Positions 37,643 to 47,832 of a stretch of 64,000 bases of DNA are shown here, in pieces. Origin of the DNA: an uncultured Chloroflexia bacterium (GTDB lineage: Bacteria; Chloroflexota; Limnocylindria; Limnocylindrales; CSP1-4); assembly GCA_963714835.1 (NCBI GenBank), contig CAVQPX010000008.1, forward strand, positions 335,519 to 399,518, written 5' to 3'. The notes under the pieces were generated by a model, which was not told where the DNA came from, made no database searches, and worked only from the letters and a program-made list of their open reading frames with translations. A program made the translations under genes and the position numbers. Positions within the stretch are counted from its first letter, which is position 1. Every line of letters starts with the position of its first letter.

Positions 37643-38920
37643 TCAGCCCACGGCCGCGGCGTCGACCGGGTCGGGCCGTTCCAGTTCGAACGCGCCGTGG
37701 AGCGCGGTGAGGGCGCTCTCGAGGTCGGCCTCGGCGATCATGCAGGTGATCCGGACCTCCGACGTCGAGATCATCTCGATGTTCACGCCGGCATCGGCGA
37801 GGGTGCCGAACATCCGCGCGGCATACCCGGGGGCGTTGTGGAGGCCGGCACCCACGATCGAGACCTTGCCGACGGACGCGTCGGTGGTCAACTCCTGCGC
37901 CCCGAGCTCCCGGACCACCGGCTCGAGCACCCGGCGCGCCCGGGCCAGCTCGGCCCGCGGCACGGTGAACGACATGTCCGTCTCGCCGTCATGGCCGACG
38001 TTCTGCACGATCATGTCGACGTTGATCCCGGCTTCGGCCAGCGGATCGAACACGCTCCGCGCGACGCCCGGTCGGTCGGGCACGGCGACGAGCGTGACCT
38101 TCGCCACGTTCCGGTCGTGAGCGAGCCCGCGGACCTTGTTGCGTTGCTCCACGTGAGGATCCTCCTTGATGAGCGTACCCGGTGCGTCCACGAAGGAGCT
38201 CAGGACCTCGATGACGACGTCGTTGACCCAGCCCAGCTCCACGGCCCGGACCTGCATGATCTGGGCGCCCTGGTGGGCCAGCTCGAGCATCTCTTCGTAG
38301 CCGATCACCGCCAGGTGGCGCGCGGCCGGGACGATCCGGGGGTCGGCCGTGTGGATCCCGGTCACGTCGGTGTAGATCTGGCAGCGGTCCGCGCCGAGAG
38401 CGGCAGCAAGGGCCACAGCCGTCGTGTCGGATCCACCGCGTCCAAGGGTCGTTGTCTCGGCGAGGTCGTGCCCGTCGTCGGTCGTGCCGAGACTGCTCCG
38501 GCCCTGGAAGCCGGCGACGATGACCACCCGGCCGTTCGTGACCTCCTGGCGGATCCTGCGCGGTTCGATGTTGGCGATCCGTGCCCGTCCGTGGCGGCCG
38601 TCGGTGCTGATCCCGGCCTGGGCACCGGTCAGCGAGATGGCCGGCACGCCGAGCGCATGGAGCGCCATCGAAAGCAGCGTTGCGCTTTGCGCCTCCCCGG
38701 TGGTGAGGAGGGCGTCCATCTCGCGCGGATCCGGGTCGTCGGTGACGGCCGCAGCGAGGGCGAGCAGCGCGTCGGTCGTGTCGCCCATCGCCGACACGAC
38801 CACGACGAGATCGTTGCCGTGCGCGCGGGTCTCGGCGACCCGCGCCGCGACGTGCCGGATCCGATCCGCGTTCGCCACGGACGATCCGCCGTACTTCTGG
38901 ACCACGAGAGGACTGCTCAT
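37643..38920 (-). CDS. lysC: aspartate kinase
   Basis: MSSPLVVQKYGGSSVANADRIRHVAARV..., two C-terminal ACT domains; 425 aa. Confidence 0.9.
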   Translation of the reverse strand: MSSPLVVQKYGGSSVANADRIRHVAARVAETRAHGNDLVVVVSAMGDTTDALLALAAAVTDDPDPREMDALLTTGEAQSATLLSMALHALGVPAISLTGAQAGISTDGRHGRARIANIEPRRIRQEVTNGRVVIVAGFQGRSSLGTTDDGHDLAETTTLGRGGSDTTAVALAAALGADRCQIYTDVTGIHTADPRIVPAARHLAVIGYEEMLELAHQGAQIMQVRAVELGWVNDVVIEVLSSFVDAPGTLIKEDPHVEQRNKVRGLAHDRNVAKVTLVAVPDRPGVARSVFDPLAEAGINVDMIVQNVGHDGETDMSFTVPRAELARARRVLEPVVRELGAQELTTDASVGKVSIVGAGLHNAPGYAARMFGTLADAGVNIEMISTSEVRITCMIAEADLESALTALHGAFELERPDPVDAAAVG

Positions 38921-38986
38921 GTCGGGCGGGATTCTAGCAGTGGGTCGTGCGCGACCCGCTCGTGCGAGGCTGGATCGCCGTCGGGG

Positions 38987-39160
38987 TCAGCGCTTGATGA
39001 AGGCCCAGAACGCGGCACCAGTGACGATGAGCATGACGAGCGGGAAGAGCGGGCCGGGCAGCAGCGCTTGACCTGCATCGAGGATCGACCTGAGCGTGCC
39101 GCCGATGGCGTTCGAGACCTGCTGCGCCCCATCGCCGACAGCGCGACCGAGACCGTCCAT
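38987..39160 (-). CDS. candidate 57-aa small membrane protein (below ORF-track size cutoff)
   Basis: Own translation: MDGLGRAVGDGAQQVSNAIGGTLRSILDAGQALLPGPLFPLVMLIVTGAAFWAFIKR*. One clear TM helix. A GC hairpin (gggtcgtgcgcgaccc, 38942-38957) lies just downstream of its stop. Confidence 0.35.
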   Translation of the reverse strand: MDGLGRAVGDGAQQVSNAIGGTLRSILDAGQALLPGPLFPLVMLIVTGAAFWAFIKR

Positions 39161-39231
39161 GGGCGGAGTGTGCGCTCCCCGTCAAGGCCGAGCCCCGCGT
39201 CAGGGACGGCCGGCCGGCGTTGTCGCGCGGC

Positions 39232-40194
39232 TCAGGAGGCGCGGATGACCCGCGCTCCCGCGTTCCGGGGGTTCACCACGGTCACGACGCCCGGGAGTTC
39301 GCTGTCCGCCGCAGCCGCCCGGAAGGCCGCCTCGATCCGGGCGACGCCGGCGACCGTGTCCACGAAGGCGAGGATCGTCGAGCCGGCCCCGGACAGACAG
39401 GCGCCGAGCGCTCCGGCATCGCGTGCGGCGGCGACGAACCCCGGCAACTGCGGGAACGCCTCGGCTCGATAGGGCTCGTGGAGCCGGTCCCGGGTCAGGA
39501 GGTCCAGGAGGTCGAGCCGACCCTTTGCGAGTCCGGCGACGCCGATCGCAACCCTCCCGAGATTCGCGACGGCGTCCGCGTGCGGCACCTTCTTCGGCAG
39601 CACGCTGCGCATCTCGTCGGTGGCGAGGCGCATCTCGGGGATGAACAGGACGGCCCGAAGATCGCGCGGGACGTCGAAACGGATCGCTTCGATCCCGGTA
39701 TCGGTGGTCGTCGACACGACGAACCCGCCGAGAAGCGCGGCTGCGGCGTTGTCCGGGTGGCCCTCGATGGCCGTCGCCAGGCGCAGGACCGCGGCTGCGT
39801 CGAGCGGGCCGCCGAGCAGGGCGTTCCCGGCCATGACGCCGCCGACCGTCGCCGCCGCACTGGATCCCAGCCCGCGAGCCAGCGGGATCTGGTTGACCAT
39901 CTCGACGCGCCAGCCTGCGCCGTCCGGGAGCTCGCCGCGGGCGTCACGGAGCGCCGCTTCCACCCCGAGGATGAAACGATTCTGGCGATCCTCGCCCAGC
40001 TCCCCGACGCCTTCCCCCTCGACGGACAGCTCGATCTGACCGCGGCTCCAGCCGCGGACCTCGATCTCCATCCGATTCACGAGGCCCAGGGCCATCCCGA
40101 GACAGTCGTATCCGGCCCCGAGATTGGCCGTGGATGCGGGAACCTCGACGGCGACCCGCCGCCCGTCGAGCTCCGCGAACCAGGGGGTCACCAT
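39232..40194 (-). CDS. thrB: homoserine kinase
   Basis: MVTPWFAEL...[15 protein letters not shown]; GHMP kinase motif [23 protein letters not shown]. Start overlaps the thrC stop. Confidence 0.85.
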   Translation of the reverse strand: MVTPWFAELDGRRVAVEVPASTANLGAGYDCLGMALGLVNRMEIEVRGWSRGQIELSVEGEGVGELGEDRQNRFILGVEAALRDARGELPDGAGWRVEMVNQIPLARGLGSSAAATVGGVMAGNALLGGPLDAAAVLRLATAIEGHPDNAAAALLGGFVVSTTTDTGIEAIRFDVPRDLRAVLFIPEMRLATDEMRSVLPKKVPHADAVANLGRVAIGVAGLAKGRLDLLDLLTRDRLHEPYRAEAFPQLPGFVAAARDAGALGACLSGAGSTILAFVDTVAGVARIEAAFRAAAADSELPGVVTVVNPRNAGARVIRAS

Positions 40195-41252
40195 CCAAGC
40201 ACCTTCCGTACCTCCGCCGCACTGGCCCCCGCCTCCGACAGACCGAGGCCGGTCGCCTCGGCGGTCGACGGATCCTTCAACCCGTTCCCGGTCAGCACGC
40301 ACACCACGGACGCTCCGTCCGGAACGGCGCCCGCTGCCGCCAGCTTGCGCACGCCGGCCAGGCTCGCGGCCGAGGAGGGCTCGCAGAAGATCCCCTCCTC
40401 GCGAGCGACGTCCCGATACGCGGCAAGGATCTCGTCGTCGGTGACCGCCTCGATCCGACCGCCCGACGCGTCGCGCGCGGCCACGGCCTTGTCCCACGAC
40501 GCCGGATCGCCGATCCGGATCGCCGTCGCGATCGTTTCCGGTTCGCTCACTGGGTGGCCGAGGACGATCGGGGCTGCCCCGGCTGCCTGGAAACCCCACA
40601 TCGCCGGTACCGTGGGGACGAGACCGGCATCGCGATAGGCTTGGAACCCGGCCCAGTAGGCGCTGATGTTCCCGGCGTTGCCGACCGGGATGGCGAGGAT
40701 GTCCGGCGCACCACCGAGATCGTCGCAGACCTCGAAGGCGCCGGTCATCTGACCGGCGAGCCGGAAGGGGTTGACCGAATTCACGAGCGTGACCGGGTGC
40801 CGCTGGTCGTCGGCCATCTCCCGGACGACGCGCAGTGCCGCGTCGAAATTCCCGTCGATCGCCACGACCCGGGCGCCGGCAACGACCGCCTGGAGGAGCT
40901 TGCCGGCCGCGATCTTGCCGGCCGGCAGCACGACGATCGTCTCGAGTCCGGCCGCGGCGCCGTACGCCGCGGCCGAGGCCGAGGTGTTCCCGGTGGACGC
41001 GCAGATGATCGCCCGTGCCCCGGATTCGACGGCCTTGGCCACGGCCAGGACCATCCCCCGGTCCTTGAACGACCCGGTCGGGTTCTGCCCCTCCACCTTG
41101 ACCCGCAGGCCGGGGACGCCATAGCGCGCCCCGAGTCGGGGGATCGCGACGAGGGGCGTCCCGCCCTCACCGAGCGTCAACGGTGGCGTCGCCTCGGTGA
41201 CCGGCAGGAATCGGGCGTACCGATCGAGCAGCCGCAGGCGCGTCGTGCTCAT
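40188..41252 (-). CDS. thrC: threonine synthase
   Basis: PLP lysine motif [10 protein letters not shown]; 354 aa. ATGA overlap with hom. Confidence 0.9.
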   Translation of the reverse strand: MSTTRLRLLDRYARFLPVTEATPPLTLGEGGTPLVAIPRLGARYGVPGLRVKVEGQNPTGSFKDRGMVLAVAKAVESGARAIICASTGNTSASAAAYGAAAGLETIVVLPAGKIAAGKLLQAVVAGARVVAIDGNFDAALRVVREMADDQRHPVTLVNSVNPFRLAGQMTGAFEVCDDLGGAPDILAIPVGNAGNISAYWAGFQAYRDAGLVPTVPAMWGFQAAGAAPIVLGHPVSEPETIATAIRIGDPASWDKAVAARDASGGRIEAVTDDEILAAYRDVAREEGIFCEPSSAASLAGVRKLAAAGAVPDGASVVCVLTGNGLKDPSTAEATGLGLSEAGASAAEVRKVLGW

Positions 41253-42478
41253 CCGGCGACCGCGTGGATGGGATAGCGGGCCCCTGACGGACCGGCGAAC
41301 CAGCCATCCGTCGATGCCGGCGCCGCCGTAGGTCCGTCCCCGGAGCCTGGCGGGCCGATGTCCCGCTGCGCGGTGCCGTCACGTGCCGGGGTCGCGCTCG
41401 CTGGGCCGAGGCCGGCCCATGTGCTGCCCAGTTCACGGGCGATGGCCAGGAGGTCGCCGAGGACTGCGCTCGCCGTGGCCGACCCGCCGGCACCGGGTCC
41501 GCTGAAGGCGAGTCGGCCCACCGGGACGGCATCGATCTCGATCCGGTTGAGCACGCCGGCGGTCCGTGCGAGGGGCGAGCCGGCGGGCACGGCCGTGGGG
41601 AGCACGGATGCGACGATCCGGCCCACGGCCCGATCGTCGGTCGGGTGCGCCCCGCTCGCGCGGAACGGCGACGCAGACGCAGACGCAGACGCGATGAGCT
41701 TGATCGCATAGCCGGCGGCCGCTGCGGCGGCAAGATCGTCCGGCGTCACCCCGGTGATCCCGGGCGAGCCTGGACCGCCGTCGATCCGTGACACCACGCG
41801 GGGGATCCGGTCGGGCTCGATCCAGGCCCCGAATGCCAGGCGCGCCAGGATCACGAGCTTGTTCGCGGCATCGAGCCCCTCGACGTCGCCGGCCGGATCG
41901 GCCTCGGCATAACCGGCCGCCTGGGCGTCGGCCAGGACCTCCGCATAGGTCCGGCCCTCGTCGGCCATCTGCGTGAGGATGTAGTTCGTCGTTCCGTTGA
42001 CGATGCCACGGACGGCCTCGACGCGGTTGGCCGCCAGGTCGGCTGCCAACGGCCCGAGCACCGGGATGCCCCCGCCGACGGCGGCCTCGAACCGCAGGGC
42101 GACGCCGTTCTGACGCGCGATCGCCTCGAGTTCCGCGCCGTGATGGGCGATGAGGTGCTTGTTCGCGGTGACGACGGCCTTGCCCGCCGCGAGCGCGGCC
42201 GCGACGAGCGTGTGAGCGGGCTGGTCGCCGCCCATCAATTCGACGATCACGTCGGTCTCGGGTGAGGCGACCAGGTGCGCCGGTGTCGTGCTCAGCAGCT
42301 CGTCCGGGATCCCGGCCGCTCGTGCCCGGTCGGCATCACGGACTGCGACGCCCACGACGACGAGCGGAGAGCCGTCCACCGGGCGCAGGAGATCCGGCTG
42401 CTCGAGGAAGCCGCGGATGACCTCGCGCCCGACGGTGCCCGCGCCGAGGATCGCCACGCGCAGGGGGCGAACGGTCAC
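41249..42478 (-). CDS. hom: homoserine dehydrogenase
   Basis: [20 protein letters not shown] Rossmann motif, catalytic and ACT regions; 409 aa. Confidence 0.85.
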   Translation of the reverse strand: MTVRPLRVAILGAGTVGREVIRGFLEQPDLLRPVDGSPLVVVGVAVRDADRARAAGIPDELLSTTPAHLVASPETDVIVELMGGDQPAHTLVAAALAAGKAVVTANKHLIAHHGAELEAIARQNGVALRFEAAVGGGIPVLGPLAADLAANRVEAVRGIVNGTTNYILTQMADEGRTYAEVLADAQAAGYAEADPAGDVEGLDAANKLVILARLAFGAWIEPDRIPRVVSRIDGGPGSPGITGVTPDDLAAAAAAGYAIKLIASASASASPFRASGAHPTDDRAVGRIVASVLPTAVPAGSPLARTAGVLNRIEIDAVPVGRLAFSGPGAGGSATASAVLGDLLAIARELGSTWAGLGPASATPARDGTAQRDIGPPGSGDGPTAAPASTDGWFAGPSGARYPIHAVAG

Positions 42479-42576
42479 GTCTGGGCACGGACGAGCGGCG
42501 ACATCGTCGTGATGGTAGCCGACTCATCGGGGTGAGCCGGCCTCCCCCCGAACCGCTCGGCTACACTCGAACCCTC

Positions 42577-43560
42577 ATGACCACCGCTCTTCGACGGACG
42601 ATCTTCAGCGGGATCCAGCCGTCCGGGATCGTCCACCTCGGGAACGATCTCGGTGCGATCCGCAACTACGTCCGCCTTCAGGACGACTACGACGCGATCT
42701 ACTGCATCGTCGACTATCACGCGCTCACGAGTACCCACGACGCCGAACTGCTCCGGTCGCGGACCCGCGAGATGGCGGCGTCGCTCCTGGCCCTCGGGCT
42801 CGATCCGGACCGCTGCACGTTGTTCGTCCAGTCGCATCGTCCCGAGCACACCGAGCTGGCCTGGCTGCTCACGACCGTGACCCCGGTCAGCTGGCTCGAG
42901 CGGACGCCGAGCTACAAGGAGAAGAAGCAGAACCAGCCCGACGACATCAACCACGGGCTGCTGACGTACCCAGTCCTCCAGGCGGCCGACATCGTCATCT
43001 ACAAGGCCCACCAGGTCCCCGTGGGGCGTGACCAGGCAGCCCACCTCGAGCTCTCACGCGAGATCGTCCGAGCGTTCAACAACCGCTACGGCGACACCTT
43101 CCCCGAACCCGAAGCCGTCTATACCGAGGCCCCGGTCGTGCTCGGCACCGACGGCGTGAAGAAGATGTCGAAGTCGGTCGGCAACACGATCGACATCTTC
43201 GCGAGCCCGGAAGTCGTCCGAAAGCAGGTCATGTCGATGGTGACCGACACGCAACGGATCCTGCGGACCGATCCGGGCCGCCCGGAGGTGTGCAATGTCT
43301 GCCAGCTCCAGCGCTTCTTCGGGGTAGACCACGAGGTGCTCTGGGACGGCGAGCGAACGGCGCGCACCGGGTGCGTCGACATGAAGCGGCTCCTGGCCGA
43401 TCGGATCGTCGCCCACTACGCGCCGGCCCGCGAGCGGTACGAGGAGCTGATGGCGAACCCGGCGCGGATCGACGAGATCCTCGGGGATGGGGCTGAGCGA
43501 CTTCGCCCACGCGCAGCGGCGACGATGGACGAAGTTCGCCAGCGGATGGGCCTGCGATGA
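42577..43560 (+). CDS. trpS: tryptophan--tRNA ligase
   Basis: MTTALRRTIFSGIQPSGIVHLGN (HIGH-type motif) and KMSKS (GVKKMSKSVGN). A TACACT -10 element lies at 42562-42567, 9 nt upstream of the ATG. Confidence 0.9.
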   Translation: MTTALRRTIFSGIQPSGIVHLGNDLGAIRNYVRLQDDYDAIYCIVDYHALTSTHDAELLRSRTREMAASLLALGLDPDRCTLFVQSHRPEHTELAWLLTTVTPVSWLERTPSYKEKKQNQPDDINHGLLTYPVLQAADIVIYKAHQVPVGRDQAAHLELSREIVRAFNNRYGDTFPEPEAVYTEAPVVLGTDGVKKMSKSVGNTIDIFASPEVVRKQVMSMVTDTQRILRTDPGRPEVCNVCQLQRFFGVDHEVLWDGERTARTGCVDMKRLLADRIVAHYAPARERYEELMANPARIDEILGDGAERLRPRAAATMDEVRQRMGLR

Positions 43561-43622
43561 GGGGACGCGATTAGGATCGTACATGGAGGGGTCGGGCCGC
43601 GCCTGACCGCGGAGGTAGGGCG

Positions 43623-44030
43623 ATGATCGAGTCCACGGCGGTTCGCAATGCGATGCTCGAGTTCTACGATCGGATCGCGGCCAACGACGTCGCGAGCTTC
43701 GACCGTCTCGTCGCGGACAGCCCCGCCCTGCTCACCATCGGGACCGCGCCCGGCGAATGGATCACGGACCGGGCACGCCTGCGCAAGGGCTTCGAAACCG
43801 ACGGCTACCGGATCGTGCCCGGGCCAGCGCCGCTCGGCTGGGAGGACGGCGCACTCGGGTGGTTCGTCGATGAGCCGACGTTCGACTTCCCCGGAGGGAC
43901 CCATCTCACGGCACGCGTCACGACCGTGATGCAACGCAACCGGGTCAGCTGGCAGCTCGTCCACATGCACGCGTCCGTCGGCGTTCCCGATGACGAAGTG
44001 GAAGCCCTCCAGCGGCGATGGGCAAGGTGA
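43623..44030 (+). CDS. SnoaL/NTF2-like small protein
   Basis: 135 aa; RBS GGAGGTAGGG. NTF2-like pattern; exact family not determinable by eye. Confidence 0.5.
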   Translation: MIESTAVRNAMLEFYDRIAANDVASFDRLVADSPALLTIGTAPGEWITDRARLRKGFETDGYRIVPGPAPLGWEDGALGWFVDEPTFDFPGGTHLTARVTTVMQRNRVSWQLVHMHASVGVPDDEVEALQRRWAR

Positions 44031-44091
44031 CGCGGGCCACGCGGCTGACCGGCGCGGCTGGCCGGATCACGCGACCTGGCAAGCGCACCCG

Positions 44092-45288
44092 ATGACGCTC
44101 GCACTGACCTCGCGCCAGCGGCGCTGGCTGGACGCGCTGCTCGTCCTGTCGACGCTGGCCGTCCTGTACGTCCTGCTCGGCTTCCTTGCCACCTTCCTGG
44201 CGGCCTTCGGCGACATCATCCTCGTGTTCCTCATCGCCTGGCTGCTCGCGCTCGTCCTCGCCCCCATCGCCCGGTTCCTCGCCGCCCACGTCCCCGGTCT
44301 GCCGGGCGGCGTGGCGGTGGTCCTCGTCTACGGCGCAGTGATCGGCGGGCTCCTGCTCGCTCTGTTCCTGCTCGCGAACACGCTCGCTGCGTCGATCGGC
44401 GAGTTCATCGCCAGCGTGCCGCAGATCCGCGCCGAACTCCCGCTGCTGCTGGCGGTCTGGCAGAGCCGCCTCGATGGGCTCGGCCTCGGGATCGATCTCG
44501 TCCCGCTCGGCCGTTCCGTGCTGGACAGCCTCAACGTCTACCTGCTCCAACTCGCCGGACCGCTGCAGCAGATCGCGGTCGCGAGCCTGGGGGTGGTGGG
44601 CAACCTCGTGTTCATCGTCGTGCTGTCCATCTACATGGCCGCCGACAGCGGGCGGATGACGCGCTTCGTCGATCGGATCGTGCCACCCGGCTACGAGGCC
44701 GAGGCGAAGTTCCTGCGCTCGAGTGTCGCAACGTCGTTCGGGGGCTTCCTGCGTGGGCAAGCCACGATGGGCGCGGTCTATGCGCTCGTCGCGGCGCTCG
44801 CGAGCGTCGTCCTGGGACTCGGCTTCGCACCGATCACGATCGCGGCGGCCGGGATCCTGATGGCGATCCCGTTCTTCGGCCCGTTCGTTGCCTGGAGCCC
44901 GCCGGTGCTCGTCGCCATCGTGTTCAACGCCGACGCCACGCTCGCCGCCCTCGCGATCATGGCCGTCGGCTGGGTCATCGTCATGAACGTGCTCCAGCCG
45001 CGCCTGATGGAGCGTGCGGTCGGCATCCACCCTGTCGCGGTCCTCGGATCGGTCCTCGTCGGGTTCAAGGTCGCCGGCATCCCCGGTGCCGTGTTCGGGA
45101 TCCCGATCGCCGCCGTCGCCTCGGCATTCTTCTTCCACTGGCTCATCCAAACGCGCGATCGGGGCAGCGTGGCCGAGCGCGCCGCGCAGCTCATCTCCGA
45201 ACGCGAGGGCCGGCCGGTGCGGGCGCCACGGGAGCCCGTCGCGGGCGAGGACGTCGATGTCGCACCATCCATCGACCCGGTGACCTGA
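44092..45288 (+). CDS. AI-2E family (PerM/YdiK, UPF0118) transporter
   Basis: Start MTLALTSRQRRWL; 8 TM helices with the AI-2E pattern. Confidence 0.7.
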   Translation: MTLALTSRQRRWLDALLVLSTLAVLYVLLGFLATFLAAFGDIILVFLIAWLLALVLAPIARFLAAHVPGLPGGVAVVLVYGAVIGGLLLALFLLANTLAASIGEFIASVPQIRAELPLLLAVWQSRLDGLGLGIDLVPLGRSVLDSLNVYLLQLAGPLQQIAVASLGVVGNLVFIVVLSIYMAADSGRMTRFVDRIVPPGYEAEAKFLRSSVATSFGGFLRGQATMGAVYALVAALASVVLGLGFAPITIAAAGILMAIPFFGPFVAWSPPVLVAIVFNADATLAALAIMAVGWVIVMNVLQPRLMERAVGIHPVAVLGSVLVGFKVAGIPGAVFGIPIAAVASAFFFHWLIQTRDRGSVAERAAQLISEREGRPVRAPREPVAGEDVDVAPSIDPVT

Positions 45289-45290
45289 CG

Positions 45291-46349
45291 ATGAGCGACA
45301 CGCGCGACGAGCGGGGCGGCGAGCACAGCGGCGATCGCCCGGCGAACGAGCCAACGGAACCACGCCACCCCGGGGCCGGCGGCAGCCAGCCGGACATGAC
45401 CCGCGAGCGGGCGCGGACCGAGCGCCGCGACGTCGACCTCGAGCGCGGGGAACCACTGGCGGGCGGCGCCGACGCGGAGGGCACCCCGCGCCGCTTGACC
45501 GTCCATCGCCATGCCCAGCCCGGAGCGACGCGCGCCGGCCGGCCGCGCATCCTGATCACCAATGACGATGGCGTCGAGTCACGCGGCCTGCTGGCCCTCA
45601 AGATCGCTCTCGAGAAGATCGGCGACACGACCGTCGTCGCCCCGGACACGAATCAAAGCGCGGTCGGCCACACCAAGACGCTGATGCGACCGCTGCGCGT
45701 CCGTGAGCGGATCCTTGCCGACGGCTCCGTGGCCTACTCGGTGGACGGGTCGCCGACGGACGCCGTGAGCATCGCGTTCCTGGGGCACTTCGGCCACTCC
45801 TTCGACCTCGTCGCGTCGGGCATCAACTACGGCGCGAACCTCGGCGACGACATCACCTACTCGGGGACGGTGAGCGCCGCGATGGAGGCGGTCATCAACG
45901 ACTGCCCGGCGTTCGCGATCTCGCAGGAGTACATCGAGCACCCCGACTTCACGCTAGCCGGCCTTGCCGCCGAGACGGTCGCGCGGAACATCCTCGAGGA
46001 GGGGCTCGGTCACGGCGAGCTGATCAACGTGAACGTTCCGGCGGTCTCACCCGAGGATTGCGACGGGTTCGAGGTCACCCGCCTCGGCAAGCGGGTCTAT
46101 TCCGACGAGCTGCTCGAGCGGAAAGACCCGCGCGGCATCCCCTACTTCTGGATCGGCGGTCCGCCGCCGTCCGGCTTGGCCGTCCCCGGGACGGATTTCC
46201 ATGCCGTGATCAATCGGCGGATCGCGATCACGCCCATCCACCTCGACCTCACCGGCCGTCGCCTGCTGAAGCGGATGCGCACGTGGACCTGGGCGGTGCC
46301 GGCGACGCCGGATGTCGAAGGCGGCGAACCCGGCGCCGAGCGTGACTGA
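45291..46349 (+). CDS. surE: 5'/3'-nucleotidase SurE (start probably internal, e.g. TTG ~45495)
   Basis: RILITNDDGVESRGLLAL and SGINYGANLGDD motifs. The first ~70 codons of the maximal ORF are low complexity. TTG at 45495 is preceded by GGAGGGCA. Confidence 0.75.
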   Translation: MSDTRDERGGEHSGDRPANEPTEPRHPGAGGSQPDMTRERARTERRDVDLERGEPLAGGADAEGTPRRLTVHRHAQPGATRAGRPRILITNDDGVESRGLLALKIALEKIGDTTVVAPDTNQSAVGHTKTLMRPLRVRERILADGSVAYSVDGSPTDAVSIAFLGHFGHSFDLVASGINYGANLGDDITYSGTVSAAMEAVINDCPAFAISQEYIEHPDFTLAGLAAETVARNILEEGLGHGELINVNVPAVSPEDCDGFEVTRLGKRVYSDELLERKDPRGIPYFWIGGPPPSGLAVPGTDFHAVINRRIAITPIHLDLTGRRLLKRMRTWTWAVPATPDVEGGEPGAERD

Positions 46350-46360
46350 CGGCTCGGACG

Positions 46361-46382
46361 AGGCCGGGTCGCGACCCGGCCT
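46361..46382. terminator. 22-nt perfect palindrome (aggccgggtcgcgacccggcct) 12 nt after the surE stop
   Basis: Read directly; GC-rich stem, no U-tract. Confidence 0.35.
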
Positions 46383-46479
46383 GTGGCCCTCCGTTCCGAT
46401 CGGGGTGGCTCGACTGGTGCACTCACCGTAGGACCAACGGGGCGCGGACGCCGGGCCTTGCCGGTGCCATCGTGCACCA

Positions 46480-47832
46480 ATGCCTCGACTGACGAACAGC
46501 GCATTTCGTGATCTTGCCATCTGGATGATGGGCCTCGGGCTGGCGATCGGACTGATCTTCCCGCCCTTCACTCTCGTCCTCGGCCTTCCCGCCACGAGCG
46601 TCCTGACTCCCGCGTTCTTCGCGGCGACGCTCAGTGCCGGCCTCATGGTCGGCGGGATCAACTACGCGCTCGCCCGGATCGTCGTCGGGATCCGGGTGCG
46701 CCAACTCGCGGCTCGGATGGAGAAGGTGCGCACGGCCCTCCAGACCGCAACGTACACCGGCGACTGGTCGACCTGCACGCCCGAGCAGTGCCTCATCGAC
46801 GTCGACTCCACCGACGAATTCGGTGATTCTGCATCGTCGTTCAACCAGTTGGTCATGGCCCTCAGCAGCTCGAACCAGGTCGAAGAGCATGTCCGTGCAC
46901 TGTCGGCCACCCTGTCCGCCCACCTCGAGCTCGGCGCGACGAGCCGGCACGCGCTCAGGCACCTCATGGACCTCACCGGCGTGAGCGCCGGGGCGCTCCT
47001 GATCGAGTCGGACGGCACGTTCACGGTCGCGGCGTCCGTCGCGATCGACGGCCCCGACCGCCTGACCTCCGCATCGTCCGTCCTCGAGTCCCTGCGCTCC
47101 GACGCCGTCGTCCGGCTCGAGGCGCCTGCCGACATCGCGATCGATGCGGCCGTGGCGCTCTTCCCGGCCAAGTCGGTGCTCCTCGTGCCGCTCGCCTTCA
47201 AGAGCGTTCCGGTCGGCGTGCTCGTCCTCGCCCACACGGGCACGATCGACAACGACACCGAGCGCCTGGTCCGACTCGTGCGCCCGATGCTTGCGGTCTC
47301 GCTGAACAACGCCCTCGCGCACGAACGGATCCAGCGACTGGCGACGATCGACGGCCTGACCGGGACGTACAACCGGCGGTTCGGTCTGACTCGCCTGCGC
47401 GAGGAGTACAAGCGTGCGATCCGGGCCGAGGTGCCGCTGTCGGTCGCGATGTTCGATATCGACCACTTCAAGGCCGTCAACGACACGTACGGCCATGTCG
47501 TGGGAGATCGCGTCCTGGCGTCGGTCGCCGCCGCGGCCCGGCGGACGTTGCGCGAGGGCGACGTCCTCATCCGCTACGGGGGCGAGGAGTTCATGATCCT
47601 GCTCGTCGGCGCATCGAGCGAGGACGGGGTGTTGATCAGCGAACGGCTTCGACGTTCCGTTGCCGAAACGGCCGTCGTCGACGGCGACCAGAAGATCGGA
47701 GTCACGATCAGCATCGGGATCGCGTCGATGCCGGCCGACGAGATCGACAGCGAACTCGACCTCGTCGAGCGGGCCGATGCGGCCCTCTACTCCGCGAAGG
47801 ATCGTGGCCGAGACCGGGTCGTCGCCGCCTAG
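46480..47832 (+). CDS. membrane-anchored GAF-GGDEF diguanylate cyclase (canonical GGEEF)
   Basis: Two N-terminal TM helices, a GAF-like middle domain, and a C-terminal GGDEF domain (DGLTGTYNRRF...FDIDHFKAVNDTYGHVVGD...RYGGEEFMILL). Confidence 0.8.
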   Translation: MPRLTNSAFRDLAIWMMGLGLAIGLIFPPFTLVLGLPATSVLTPAFFAATLSAGLMVGGINYALARIVVGIRVRQLAARMEKVRTALQTATYTGDWSTCTPEQCLIDVDSTDEFGDSASSFNQLVMALSSSNQVEEHVRALSATLSAHLELGATSRHALRHLMDLTGVSAGALLIESDGTFTVAASVAIDGPDRLTSASSVLESLRSDAVVRLEAPADIAIDAAVALFPAKSVLLVPLAFKSVPVGVLVLAHTGTIDNDTERLVRLVRPMLAVSLNNALAHERIQRLATIDGLTGTYNRRFGLTRLREEYKRAIRAEVPLSVAMFDIDHFKAVNDTYGHVVGDRVLASVAAAARRTLREGDVLIRYGGEEFMILLVGASSEDGVLISERLRRSVAETAVVDGDQKIGVTISIGIASMPADEIDSELDLVERADAALYSAKDRGRDRVVAA

